DNA from: Candidatus Binatota bacterium
GTDB taxonomy: Bacteria; Desulfobacterota; Binatia; UBA1149; CAITLU01
Reading direction: 5' to 3'
NCBI GenBank assembly: GCA_024276575.1
Contig: JAJRWY010000312.1
Location: forward strand, 1,161 to 65,160
DNA: 64,000 nt
Shown: positions 1 to 8,886 of the stretch, in pieces
Layout: each line of letters starts with the position of its first letter
Numbering within the stretch: the stretch's first letter is position 1
The notes under the pieces: generated by a model
The model's input: the letters and a program-made list of their open reading frames with translations, nothing else
What the model was told of the DNA's origin: nothing
Databases searched by the model: none
Translations under genes and position numbers: made by a program

Positions 1-4
1 GCGC

Positions 5-1909
5 GTGATGACGATGTTCGACCAATCTGCAGACGGCGAGATCTACTCGTTCTTTCTGGAGCCGGGGTTGATCGCCGGTGTGCACGGGGAGGCCCGCGAA
101 GAGCGCCGGGAGATGACGCTCGATGAGATCCCTACCGCCTTGGTTCGCGCTGTAGTGGCGGTAGAAGACCGGCGTTTCTTCGATCATGCAGGTGTTGATT
201 TGCGCGGGCTTGGACGCGCGCTACTGGTCAATATCAGCAGCGGCAGTGTGCAGCAGGGCGGTTCGACCTTGACGCAGCAACTGATGAAGAATTTTTTTCT
301 CAGTTCCGAACGCAGCATCAGCCGTAAGCTTCGAGAGGCGGCGATGGCGATGGTGGCCGAGCGGCGTTACTCGAAGTACGAGATTCTCGAAAACTACTTG
401 AACGAGATCTACCTGGGGCAGGATGGCGCCTCGGCCATTCACGGGGTGTGGGAGGCTGCGAAGTTTTATTTCGGGCGCGAACCCGCCGACCTCAGTGTCG
501 CGCAGATGGCGACGATTGCCGGTTTGATTCGCGCGCCCAACTACTACTCTCCCCACCGCCACCCCGACCGCGCCGAGCAGCGTCGCAACGTGGTTCTGGA
601 TCTGATGCACAGGCAGGGAGATATAGACGACGCTACTTATGCGGCGGCACTGGCCGAGAAGATGGATGCCGTAGATCCACCGAAACCCGCTATCGAAGCG
701 CCTTATTTCGTCGATTTCGTGCGCGATGAACTGCTTGATCGCTACCCGCGTGAGGTTCTGACCAGCGAAGGCTATCGGATCTTCACTTCACTCGACGCCG
801 AGTTGCAGACTATTGCTGAGCGTGTAGTTCGCGATAATTTGGAGGAAATAGAACAGGACATAGGCGAAGCCATCGAGCGGGCGGGCGGGCAAGCGCTGCA
901 GGCTGCGCTCATCGCGATCAATCCACGTACCGGAGCGATCCGGGCCATGGTCGGTGGGCGTGACTACGGCGAAAGCCAGTTCAACCGGGCCACCGAGAGC
1001 CGGCGCCAGCCGGGGTCGACCTTCAAGCCCATTGTCATGCTGGCGGCGCTCGGCAGTGAGCATGTCGGCGCCGTGCACATGCTTCCGACCACCAAAGTCC
1101 TGGATGCTAAATTCGAGTGGAAGTACGAAGGCCAGGTGTGGTCGCCCTCGAACTACGAGAACAAGTTTTATGGAGAGGTAACGGTGCGCGAGGTAATCGA
1201 GCACTCTCTCAATTCCGCGACGGCTCGTATTGCCCATAGTGTCGGAATAGTTCCGATCCGTGACCTTGCCGTAAGACTGGGAATGGATCCGCAGATGCAA
1301 GCCTTTCCGGCGATCGTGCTCGGTGGCTGGGAAGTACCTCCTTTCGAGTTGGCCAAAGTGTTTGGTGTGTTTGCCAATGGTGGCATGGCGGCGACGCCGA
1401 TTTCGGTGAAAAAAGTGATCGACCGCAAAGGGGGCCTAGTGGAAGGCCACCGTCTTGAAATGAAGCGTGTGATTCCTGCTGCGGATGCTTATCTGGTCAC
1501 CCATCTGCTTGAAGGAGTAATGGAGCGTGGCACCGGTGCCGGTGCACGGCGAAAGGGCTTCCGGCATCCAGCGGCGGGAAAGACCGGGACCTCCAACGAT
1601 TACAAGGACGCTTGGTTTGCCGGCTACACGCCGGATCTGTTGGCGGTGGTGTGGGTTGGTTTCGACCGCAAGGCGGGAATGGGGCTGGCAGGCTCGGAGG
1701 CCGCACTTCCGATATGGACTGACTTCATGCGCCAAGCTTTGGCGGATGCGCCGCACCGTACATTCGATGTTCCCGAAGGGGTCGTGTTGGTTGATATCGA
1801 CGAGGAGACCGGCGGCCGGGCGGTGCGTGACTGCCACAAGGTAATACGCGAGTCTTTCCTTGCCGGAGAGGAACCGCGGGAGTTGTGCCCGGAACATGCT
1901 TTGTTCTGA
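5..1909 (+). CDS. mrcA: Penicillin-binding protein 1A family; N-terminus probably lies upstream of the window
   Basis: The ORF holds the GT51 glycosyltransferase motifs (EDRRFFDHAGVD, GGSTLTQQL) and then a transpeptidase domain (STFKP, KTGT). No membrane anchor precedes the GT51 domain, so the 5' end is most likely truncated by the window edge. Confidence 0.85.
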   Translation: MMTMFDQSADGEIYSFFLEPGLIAGVHGEAREERREMTLDEIPTALVRAVVAVEDRRFFDHAGVDLRGLGRALLVNISSGSVQQGGSTLTQQLMKNFFLSSERSISRKLREAAMAMVAERRYSKYEILENYLNEIYLGQDGASAIHGVWEAAKFYFGREPADLSVAQMATIAGLIRAPNYYSPHRHPDRAEQRRNVVLDLMHRQGDIDDATYAAALAEKMDAVDPPKPAIEAPYFVDFVRDELLDRYPREVLTSEGYRIFTSLDAELQTIAERVVRDNLEEIEQDIGEAIERAGGQALQAALIAINPRTGAIRAMVGGRDYGESQFNRATESRRQPGSTFKPIVMLAALGSEHVGAVHMLPTTKVLDAKFEWKYEGQVWSPSNYENKFYGEVTVREVIEHSLNSATARIAHSVGIVPIRDLAVRLGMDPQMQAFPAIVLGGWEVPPFELAKVFGVFANGGMAATPISVKKVIDRKGGLVEGHRLEMKRVIPAADAYLVTHLLEGVMERGTGAGARRKGFRHPAAGKTGTSNDYKDAWFAGYTPDLLAVVWVGFDRKAGMGLAGSEAALPIWTDFMRQALADAPHRTFDVPEGVVLVDIDEETGGRAVRDCHKVIRESFLAGEEPRELCPEHALF

Positions 1910-1988
1910 GCCGGTGTGTGCGGGGGCGGCGGACGAGCGCGATTTGATGGTGCTGCCCATTGCCTGGATTTGGTTGCCGGAGGTTTAG

Positions 1989-2711
1989 TTGTTTCGAGTT
2001 TGTGACGATCGAGTGGTTCCGGCAGCGTCGCCTTCAGTACTGGCGCTTTCTTGCGCATCCTTCCGCAGGTTTCTCCGGGTTTCGGTGCATGGCCACTCGG
2101 TAGGGCCGGGGCCGGCCGCGTATCTCGCCTGTGGACTCGGTCCCGGCCTGTGCCTGGGCCTGTGCCTGATTTTCGGCATACTCTCGTGTACACCGCGCCG
2201 CTTGCCTGCACCTGCGCCGGTAGCGTTTCCGGAGCCGGTGTCTTCACCGGAGACCGCAGAAGTCGAGGCACCCGTGGAGCCGGTTTCCATCGAAGCCCTG
2301 CGGCCTGAGCCGGAGCATGTGGAAAACTGGGAAGCTTTTAGCAATTCCGTACGGATGTTGCGTGGGGAAATCCAACGCGGGGGCTACGCGCTGAAGATTC
2401 GCGGTGCCGATGAGGCACCGGTGGGGTTGGCAAGTCTGCGTCTTTGTCTCGATGCTTGGGACTTGATTCAAACGGCGGATAACGAGCGCGCCGTCGACTT
2501 GCTGGAGCGAGCCATCAGCCTGGACGGGCGCAACGGTTTCGCCTACCTTTTCCTGGCCTATGCTTATCACCGAAGCGCCCGTTTCGAGCAGGGTAGGCTG
2601 TTTTTAGGGCAGGCTTGGCGCTACCTGCCTTACGATCCACGTGTTCTCGGTGAGTTCGAAGGGCTGAAGCAGTCGATTGAACTCAACACCGCAAGCTCGG
2701 CGGTCGATTGA
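1989..2711 (+). CDS. Hypothetical protein with a TPR-like C-terminal half; start uncertain
   Basis: A 240-aa ORF whose N-terminus is low-complexity Gly/Pro/Leu and whose C-terminus has helical TPR-like repeats (AYLFLAYAYHRSARFEQGRLFLGQAWRY). The real start may be internal. Confidence 0.35.
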   Translation: MFRVCDDRVVPAASPSVLALSCASFRRFLRVSVHGHSVGPGPAAYLACGLGPGLCLGLCLIFGILSCTPRRLPAPAPVAFPEPVSSPETAEVEAPVEPVSIEALRPEPEHVENWEAFSNSVRMLRGEIQRGGYALKIRGADEAPVGLASLRLCLDAWDLIQTADNERAVDLLERAISLDGRNGFAYLFLAYAYHRSARFEQGRLFLGQAWRYLPYDPRVLGEFEGLKQSIELNTASSAVD

Positions 2712-2756
2712 TGAAAGCGGCACGGTTACGCAGCCAAGGATATCGAGATTTATAAG

Positions 2757-3776
2757 ATGCTGTTGTTGGCGGTGGAAAGCTCCTGCGACGATACTTCTGC
2801 GGCTGTACTCGACGGACGCCGGCTGAAGTCCAATGTGGTTACGTCGCAAGACTCACTGCACGCAGATTATGGCGGTGTGGTTCCCGAGCTTGCGGCCCGC
2901 CGCCATCTCGAGAGCATCGATGCGGTGATAGCTTCGGCGCTGGATAGGGCCGGTGTCGAGTTGTGCGAGATCGAGGCGATTGCGGTCACGCGCGGGCCGG
3001 GTTTGGTCGGATCTTTGCTCGTGGGTATGGCGGCGGCCCAAGGTTTGGGTCTGCGGCTCGGCGTCCCGGTGACCGGGGTTCACCACCTGGAAGGCCATGT
3101 ACTGTCGCCTTTGATGGATTCGGAAATACAGTTGCCGCTACTGGCGATGGTGGTGTCCGGCGGGCATACGGCCGTATATTTGCTTCGTGACATAGGAGAC
3201 TATGCGGAACTTGCCTCGACTCGCGACGATTCGGCGGGGGAAGCGTTTGACAAGGGCGCCAAGATGTTGGGCCTCGGTTACCCGGGCGGCAAGATCGTTG
3301 ATGAAATGGCGGCCCGCGGCGATTCCAGAGCTTTTCGTTTTCCACGCGCCGTGGTCAAAGCCGACCCTTGGGCTTTCAGTTTTTCGGGATTGAAAACGGC
3401 TCTATGGAATCAACTCGGCGAGTTGCACGGGGCTTCCAGGCCGTCGGATTCCCTGCCCTTGGCCGATATATGTGCGTCTTTTCAAGAGGCTATTGTCGAC
3501 GTGCTCGTCGACCGCATCATGAGTTTGGCGCTACGCCTCGAGATTCCGCGCCTAGCCGTTGCCGGCGGGGTTTCCGCCAACAGTAGGTTGCGCGAGCGGA
3601 TGAAGGAGGCCTGCGACGGGGCGGGTTTCGAGTTGGCGTTTCCGAGCATGCCTTTATGTACCGACAACGCGGGGATGATCGGCTATGCGGCGCAACGGCG
3701 TTTGGAATTGGGCTTGCCCGGACAGCCGCTGGCCGCAGTCTCGCGGTTGCCGCTCGGACCCGTCCTGCGGCCGTGA
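2757..3776 (+). CDS. tsaD: tRNA N6-adenosine threonylcarbamoyltransferase
   Basis: Kae1/TsaD family N-terminus (LLLAVESSCDDTSAAVL) with the metal-binding HHLEGH motif; length 339 aa. Confidence 0.9.
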   Translation: MLLLAVESSCDDTSAAVLDGRRLKSNVVTSQDSLHADYGGVVPELAARRHLESIDAVIASALDRAGVELCEIEAIAVTRGPGLVGSLLVGMAAAQGLGLRLGVPVTGVHHLEGHVLSPLMDSEIQLPLLAMVVSGGHTAVYLLRDIGDYAELASTRDDSAGEAFDKGAKMLGLGYPGGKIVDEMAARGDSRAFRFPRAVVKADPWAFSFSGLKTALWNQLGELHGASRPSDSLPLADICASFQEAIVDVLVDRIMSLALRLEIPRLAVAGGVSANSRLRERMKEACDGAGFELAFPSMPLCTDNAGMIGYAAQRRLELGLPGQPLAAVSRLPLGPVLRP

Positions 3777-3840
3777 AGTCAGCGTTTCAACTTGGTATTC
3801 GCGGCTTCTGGGCGGCATCGTCGACCGGGGACGAGGAGCG

Positions 3841-4647
3841 GTGAGCGCACGGACGGTACGTTGGGGCCAGAACTTTCTGGCCGATCGCAGCATCGCCTGT
3901 GATATTGTCGATTGGGCCGCTATCGAGGGGAAGGCGGTAGTGGAGGTCGGGCCCGGTCGCGGTGCTCTGAGCGGCTTGCTCGCCGAGCGGGCACAACGTT
4001 TGATCATGGTCGAGATCGATCCGCGCTTGGCGCAGCGCGGGTGCGATCTTGCGGCCGGCGATCCGCGCATTTCGGTGGTAGAAGCCGACGTGTTGAAGCT
4101 CGACCCATCGCAGCTTTGTAGCGGTCCGTACACGATGGTTTCCAATCTTCCCTACGAAAGCGGCACTGCCATCGTAGATCTGTTTTTGCGCCGCAGCCGG
4201 GGGCTCGAGCGCATGGTGGTGATGCTCCAGCGCGAAGTCGCTGCGCGTCTACAGGCCCCTCCGGGTTCGCGCAGTTACGGCATCCTGTCGGTAATGACTG
4301 CGTTGCGCGCCGATGTCGAAACCGGGATGGACGTGCCGCCGGCGGCATTCAAGCCGGCGCCCAAAGTGTGGTCTCGGGTTTTGCGTATCAGCCCTATAGC
4401 CGCCCCCCGCTATCAGTTGGGAGACGAAGCCTTGTTCTCCGATTTGCTGAAGAGCGCCTTTAGGCATCGGCGCAAGATGCTTCGCAATACGCTACTACCC
4501 CGGATGGCGGCGCTGGTTGGGGAGGAGGCTGCGGTTGGCGTGCTCGAATCCGCCGGGGTCGAAGCCGAGCAACGGCCGGAGCAAGTTTCGGTATCGGCCT
4601 TTGCGTCGATCTCACGGCAAGTCCACGGCTTGCTCGAAGGGGCGTGA
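3841..4647 (+). CDS. rsmA: 16S rRNA (adenine1518/1519-N6)-dimethyltransferase
   Basis: KsgA signature VRWGQNFL and the SAM-binding motif VVEVGPGRGALS. The tool ORF starts at 3685 and would overlap tsaD; the in-frame GTG at 3841 gives a typical 268-aa protein. Confidence 0.85.
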   Translation: MSARTVRWGQNFLADRSIACDIVDWAAIEGKAVVEVGPGRGALSGLLAERAQRLIMVEIDPRLAQRGCDLAAGDPRISVVEADVLKLDPSQLCSGPYTMVSNLPYESGTAIVDLFLRRSRGLERMVVMLQREVAARLQAPPGSRSYGILSVMTALRADVETGMDVPPAAFKPAPKVWSRVLRISPIAAPRYQLGDEALFSDLLKSAFRHRRKMLRNTLLPRMAALVGEEAAVGVLESAGVEAEQRPEQVSVSAFASISRQVHGLLEGA

Positions 4648-4669
4648 GGGGAGGGTGTAGGGAGCGATA

Positions 4670-5491
4670 GTGCCCGAGCTTCCGGAAGTAGAGACTATCG
4701 CGCGTTCGTTGGCGCCGTTGCTGACCGGTCGCCGGGTGCGGAGGCTAACCCTGCGGGCGACACGCTTACGCAAGCCGCTCGATTCGTCTTTGGCCGAAGC
4801 GGTTTACGGCCGTCGTATTGAAGAGGTTGGGAGGCGTGGCAAGTACCTTCTGTTGCATCTCGACGATGGTTTTACATGGATCTGGCATATGGGAATGAGC
4901 GGTTGCTTGGTCCACCAGCGTTTGGGTGAAACTCAGGCTGCACGCAAGCACGACCATGTGATTGCCGAACTCGACGATGGAGGCCGTTTGGTGTTCAACG
5001 ACCCGCGCCGTTTCGGTTTGTCGCTGGTTGATCGCATGGCCACTTGCGGCTTGTTTTCCGCCATGGGTCCGGAACTTCTCGATGTGCAGGCCTTTAATGG
5101 GCCCTACCTAGCGTCCTGGCGCCGCCGCACCGGCCGTAACATCAAGGATGTGCTGATGGATCAACGCGTCGTCGCGGGCTTGGGCAACATTTACGCCAGC
5201 GAGATACTGTTCGTGTGTGGTTTGCGTCCCACACGCCGTCTTGCACGGATGTCGCGGGCGGCCTGCGATGCTGTGGTCGTGGCAGCCAGAGAGATCATCA
5301 GCGAGGCCATAGAGCATCGCGGCACCTCAGTATCGGATTTCCTCGACGGCATCGGCAAGCCCGGAGGCTATCAGTGGCGTCTGCGGGTCTACGGGCGGCG
5401 GGGTCAGGCCTGTCCTCGCTGCGGTAGTGCTATAAAGTCGGTGCTTATATCCCAGCGTTCCAGCTTCTACTGCCCTCGCTGCCAGAAGTAG
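4670..5491 (+). CDS. mutM: Formamidopyrimidine-DNA glycosylase
   Basis: N-terminal MPELPEVE with catalytic Pro2 and Glu3, plus a C-terminal zinc finger (CPRCGS...CPRCQ). Confidence 0.92.
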   Translation: MPELPEVETIARSLAPLLTGRRVRRLTLRATRLRKPLDSSLAEAVYGRRIEEVGRRGKYLLLHLDDGFTWIWHMGMSGCLVHQRLGETQAARKHDHVIAELDDGGRLVFNDPRRFGLSLVDRMATCGLFSAMGPELLDVQAFNGPYLASWRRRTGRNIKDVLMDQRVVAGLGNIYASEILFVCGLRPTRRLARMSRAACDAVVVAAREIISEAIEHRGTSVSDFLDGIGKPGGYQWRLRVYGRRGQACPRCGSAIKSVLISQRSSFYCPRCQK

Positions 5492-5511
5492 CGGCAGCAA
5501 CCGGCTGCAAG

Positions 5512-6345
5512 TTAAGCCCCGCGCACGTCGAGGGCTTCCCGCAATGCGTCTCCCAGTGTGTTGAGAGCCAGCACGGTCAAGCTGATGGCGATTCCGGGAA
5601 AGACGGTCAGGTGCGGGGCAATGAGGAGAAAACTGCGGCCTTCGTTGAGCATGGAGCCCCAGGATGCTTGCGGCGCTTGCACTCCCAGGCCCAGGAAACT
5701 CAACCCAGCCTCTGCGGTTATTGCTCCCGCCAACCCGAAGCTGGCCTGAACCGTCAAAGGTCCGGCTAGCATAGGCATTATGTGGCGGCTGAGTATGCAC
5801 AACGGCGTTACGCCCAGTGATCGGGCCGCTTCGACGTGCTCGCGTTTCTTCAGCGCCAGCACTTCGCCGCGGACCAAGCGAGCGTAGCCCGTCCATCCGA
5901 TCAGACTCAAGGCTAGCACCACGTTGACCAGCGACGGGCCCAGCACTGCGCTCATTGCGATTGCCAGCAGTATCCCGGGGAAGGCCATCAGTATGTCGAT
6001 GAAACGTGAGATCCAGAAATCGACCGCAGCTCCGGCATAGGCTGATATGGCGCCGACGGAAACTCCGATAAGCAATGAAAAACTAATAGTTAGCAGTCCA
6101 ACGTAAAGGGATACACGAGCCCCGTGCAGGAGCCGGCTAAGTTGGTCCCTGCCCAGCTTGTCCTGCCCCAACGGATGCTCGATGGAGGGTGGCGCGAGGT
6201 TCTCCGCGAGTTGTTGGCGGTCGGGCGGGTAGGGCGCGAGCAGGTCCGCACCGATCGCGGCGGTGCATAGTATCGCGATTACTGCCGATCCGAAGGCAAT
6301 GCCACGCCGGCGAGCCCTGCCTTTGTTTTCAGTCGGAGTCGTCAA
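5512..6345 (-). CDS. ABC transporter permease, DppC/OppC family
   Basis: Six predicted TM segments and a peptide/nickel-permease N-terminus; overlaps the upstream permease gene by 17 nt. Confidence 0.8.
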   Translation of the reverse strand: MTTPTENKGRARRRGIAFGSAVIAILCTAAIGADLLAPYPPDRQQLAENLAPPSIEHPLGQDKLGRDQLSRLLHGARVSLYVGLLTISFSLLIGVSVGAISAYAGAAVDFWISRFIDILMAFPGILLAIAMSAVLGPSLVNVVLALSLIGWTGYARLVRGEVLALKKREHVEAARSLGVTPLCILSRHIMPMLAGPLTVQASFGLAGAITAEAGLSFLGLGVQAPQASWGSMLNEGRSFLLIAPHLTVFPGIAISLTVLALNTLGDALREALDVRGA

Positions 6346-7258
6346 GGCGGATTCGCGGGTCGGCCAGCGCGTAGGCCAGGTCAGTGAGCAGGTTTATCAA
6401 TACGTAAGCCATGGCAATTAGCAACACGCAGCCCTGAACCAGGGGGTAGTCGCGTGTTTGAATGGCTTCGAGAGTGAGGCGGCCGATGCCCGGCCATGCG
6501 AAGATAGTTTCGGTGATCACGGCGCCGGCAAGTAGCGAACCGAACTGAAGGCCGAGCAGTGAGATGAGCGGCGTAAGTGCGTTCGGGAAGGCATGGACCA
6601 GGATGATACGCCGCCGGGTCAAGCCCTTGGCCGCTGCGCTACGAACGTATTCTTCCTGCAACGATTCGAGTACCGCGGCGCGGGTCATGCGGGTCAGTAT
6701 CGCCGCCATCGATGCGCCTAAGGTCAGTGCCGGCAGTATCAGGTGCTGTGGGCTACCGTTGCCGGAAACGGGCAGCCACCCCAGTTCGATCGAGAAAGCC
6801 ATTATGAGCATCGGTCCCAGCCAGAAGTTGGGAATCGCTACGCCCAGGAGGCTTATTCCAAGCGTGATTCTGTCGCTGGGCGAATGTGGCCGGGCGGCCG
6901 AAAGTAAGCCGAGCGGTAGCGCGATCAACACTGCGAATGCGCCCGCGGCCAAGCTCAATCGCAGGGTTGCGGGGAAGCGCTCGGCTAGCAGTTCACGCAC
7001 CGGACGTCCGCTGTGCACCGACTCCCCGAGATCTCCGCGTGCAAGGCCGCTGAGGAAAGTCCCGTATTGCACGAGTAGCGGGCGGTCGAGCCCGAGCTTC
7101 TCGCGCAGTTCCTGGCGATCCGCGTTGGCGGCGCTCTCGCCGAGCATGATGTCGACGGGATCGCCGGGAATGAGATGGAGCAGGAGAAACACCACGCTGG
7201 CCACGCCGATTATGGTGGGCACGAAGAATGCAAGACGTTTAGTTAGGTAACTTGACAC
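6329..7258 (-). CDS. ABC transporter permease, DppB/OppB family
   Basis: DppB-like N-terminus LTKRLAFFVPTIIG. The tool start at 7318 adds a Pro-rich 20-aa leader; the GTG at 7258 gives a typical N-terminus. Confidence 0.75.
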   Translation of the reverse strand: MSSYLTKRLAFFVPTIIGVASVVFLLLHLIPGDPVDIMLGESAANADRQELREKLGLDRPLLVQYGTFLSGLARGDLGESVHSGRPVRELLAERFPATLRLSLAAGAFAVLIALPLGLLSAARPHSPSDRITLGISLLGVAIPNFWLGPMLIMAFSIELGWLPVSGNGSPQHLILPALTLGASMAAILTRMTRAAVLESLQEEYVRSAAAKGLTRRRIILVHAFPNALTPLISLLGLQFGSLLAGAVITETIFAWPGIGRLTLEAIQTRDYPLVQGCVLLIAMAYVLINLLTDLAYALADPRIRLDDSD

Positions 7259-7575
7259 TGTCGTTCCCGGCGTTGGCTGAGAGGGTGGCGGTGCCCGGCG
7301 TGTCACTACTCGTTCCATTGCCGGCGCCAGCGCGTGTGACTAGTGATTCCCACGCCGCCGCTTTCGTTTATGATACAGGAATTGCGCCTGGGTGTTCGGG
7401 TGTTGCCGCGCTAGGCCGGGACCGGCCATTGATCGCCGGGCTTGGCGTGCCGGACCTCGCGCCGCGTCCCTGCCGCCGAGCCGGCGGCTGCGTGGCAGAC
7501 CTGGAGACGTCGAGAGGGCGATGCGCGCGGGCCCGCGGTTCTTGAACGCGATTCGCCGGGCGCTCGAAGATAGCT

Positions 7576-8886
7576 GTGGAAGGACTCACTAAGTTTTTGT
7601 TCGAAGATCTGTGGAGCGCCGGCATGACCGGTGCTTCAAGGTTCAGCCGTTGGGCGATACAGGCTCTGCGTGTCGCGGTGTTGACGGTCGAGGGCTTTCT
7701 CGACGATCTTTGTTTGTTGAGAGCCTCCGCGCTTACTTACGCGTCATTGATGGCGCTGGTTCCGGTTTTGGCGATTTCCTTCGCGGTCCTGCGCGGGCTC
7801 GGTTGGCGGGGCGCGCGACTGGAGACGCTGATTCTCGAAAAACTCACCATTCTTTCTCCCGAAGCCATCTCCACAGTGGTCTCCTATATAGACAACACCA
7901 GTCTGACCGGTTTGGGAATATTTGGTGGGATTTTGTTGCTGGCCATCTTCCTTTCGCTGATGAGCAACATCGAGCACTCGTTTAACGCGATCTGGGGAAG
8001 CCCGCCGCCGCGAAGTTGGCTGCGCAAGGCCAGCGACTATCTTGGGCTGAGTGTCGCTGCGCCCCTTCTTCTGGCCTCGGCCACCAGTATCACCGCAGCT
8101 TTGCGGCGGGACGCGTTCGTGCAGAGCCTCGAGGCGACTTGGGGTCTCGGAGGCCTTCTCGAAGCATCGATGGCGATGGCGGCGCATGTATTGGTCTGGT
8201 TACTGTTCGCGTTCCTCTACATGTTCGTGCCTAACACAAAAGTTCGCTTGTTTCCCGCAGTGCTGGGGGCGGTGGTGGCCGGTAGTATTTGGGAACTAAC
8301 GCAGGCGGCCTACATCAATTTCCAGATCGGGGTGGCTAATTACAACGCTATCTACGGTGCGATGGCGCAGTTGCCCGTGCTGATGGCATGGGTCTATGTA
8401 AGCTGGGTTATCGTGTTGTTGGGCGCCGAACTCGTTGCCGCGGTGCAGAACCTGGGTTTCTACAGCCACGAGCGGCGCACGGCGAAGTCCGGCTACGCCT
8501 TGCGCGAGCGTCTGGGCTTGAGCATATGCGCCGAACTGGCCCGTGCCGCCCACGCTTGTTCGCCGACTCCCACGGTCGAAGATCTTGCTCATAAGCTCGA
8601 CGCGCCGGTTAAAAACATTCGCGAAATCGTCAACGATATGATTGCCGGTGGCCTGTTGCACTTCGGGGGTGAGGACGGGGAACTGTGCTTCCTTTCTCTG
8701 GCACCGAGCCGGATCCAGGTATCGAGGGTGCTGGATCTGCTTCGCGGTGCCGATCAGTTGGCGTTGCAAGCGGATGCAGGAGCCGGCACCGCCAAGGTTG
8801 CGGACTTGTGCGAGCAGCTCGACAGCCATCGCATGCAGGCTGTTTCCGGTGCCACCATTGCCGACTTAGCGTCGGAGACGAGCTGA
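7576..8886 (+). CDS. YihY/BrkB family inner-membrane protein with a C-terminal soluble extension
   Basis: YihY-type N-terminus (RASALTYASLMALVPVLAISFAVL) and multiple TM helices, followed by a C-terminal extension of roughly 130 aa. Confidence 0.75.
   Translation: MEGLTKFLFEDLWSAGMTGASRFSRWAIQALRVAVLTVEGFLDDLCLLRASALTYASLMALVPVLAISFAVLRGLGWRGARLETLILEKLTILSPEAISTVVSYIDNTSLTGLGIFGGILLLAIFLSLMSNIEHSFNAIWGSPPPRSWLRKASDYLGLSVAAPLLLASATSITAALRRDAFVQSLEATWGLGGLLEASMAMAAHVLVWLLFAFLYMFVPNTKVRLFPAVLGAVVAGSIWELTQAAYINFQIGVANYNAIYGAMAQLPVLMAWVYVSWVIVLLGAELVAAVQNLGFYSHERRTAKSGYALRERLGLSICAELARAAHACSPTPTVEDLAHKLDAPVKNIREIVNDMIAGGLLHFGGEDGELCFLSLAPSRIQVSRVLDLLRGADQLALQADAGAGTAKVADLCEQLDSHRMQAVSGATIADLASETS

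Noticed and set aside
2150-2175. Short direct repeat cctgtgcctgggcctgtgcctg
   Set aside because: It is two copies of an 11-mer inside a low-complexity region of a doubtful ORF; most likely simple slippage with no structural meaning.
6564-7250. Long antisense ORFs inside confirmed genes (for example 6564-7250 plus, 16279-17112 minus, 19697-20299 minus, 26448-26996 minus, 8630-9235 minus)
   Set aside because: These are typical high-GC shadow ORFs: Arg/Pro/Ala-rich, with no family resemblance, and fully contained in well-supported genes on the other strand.
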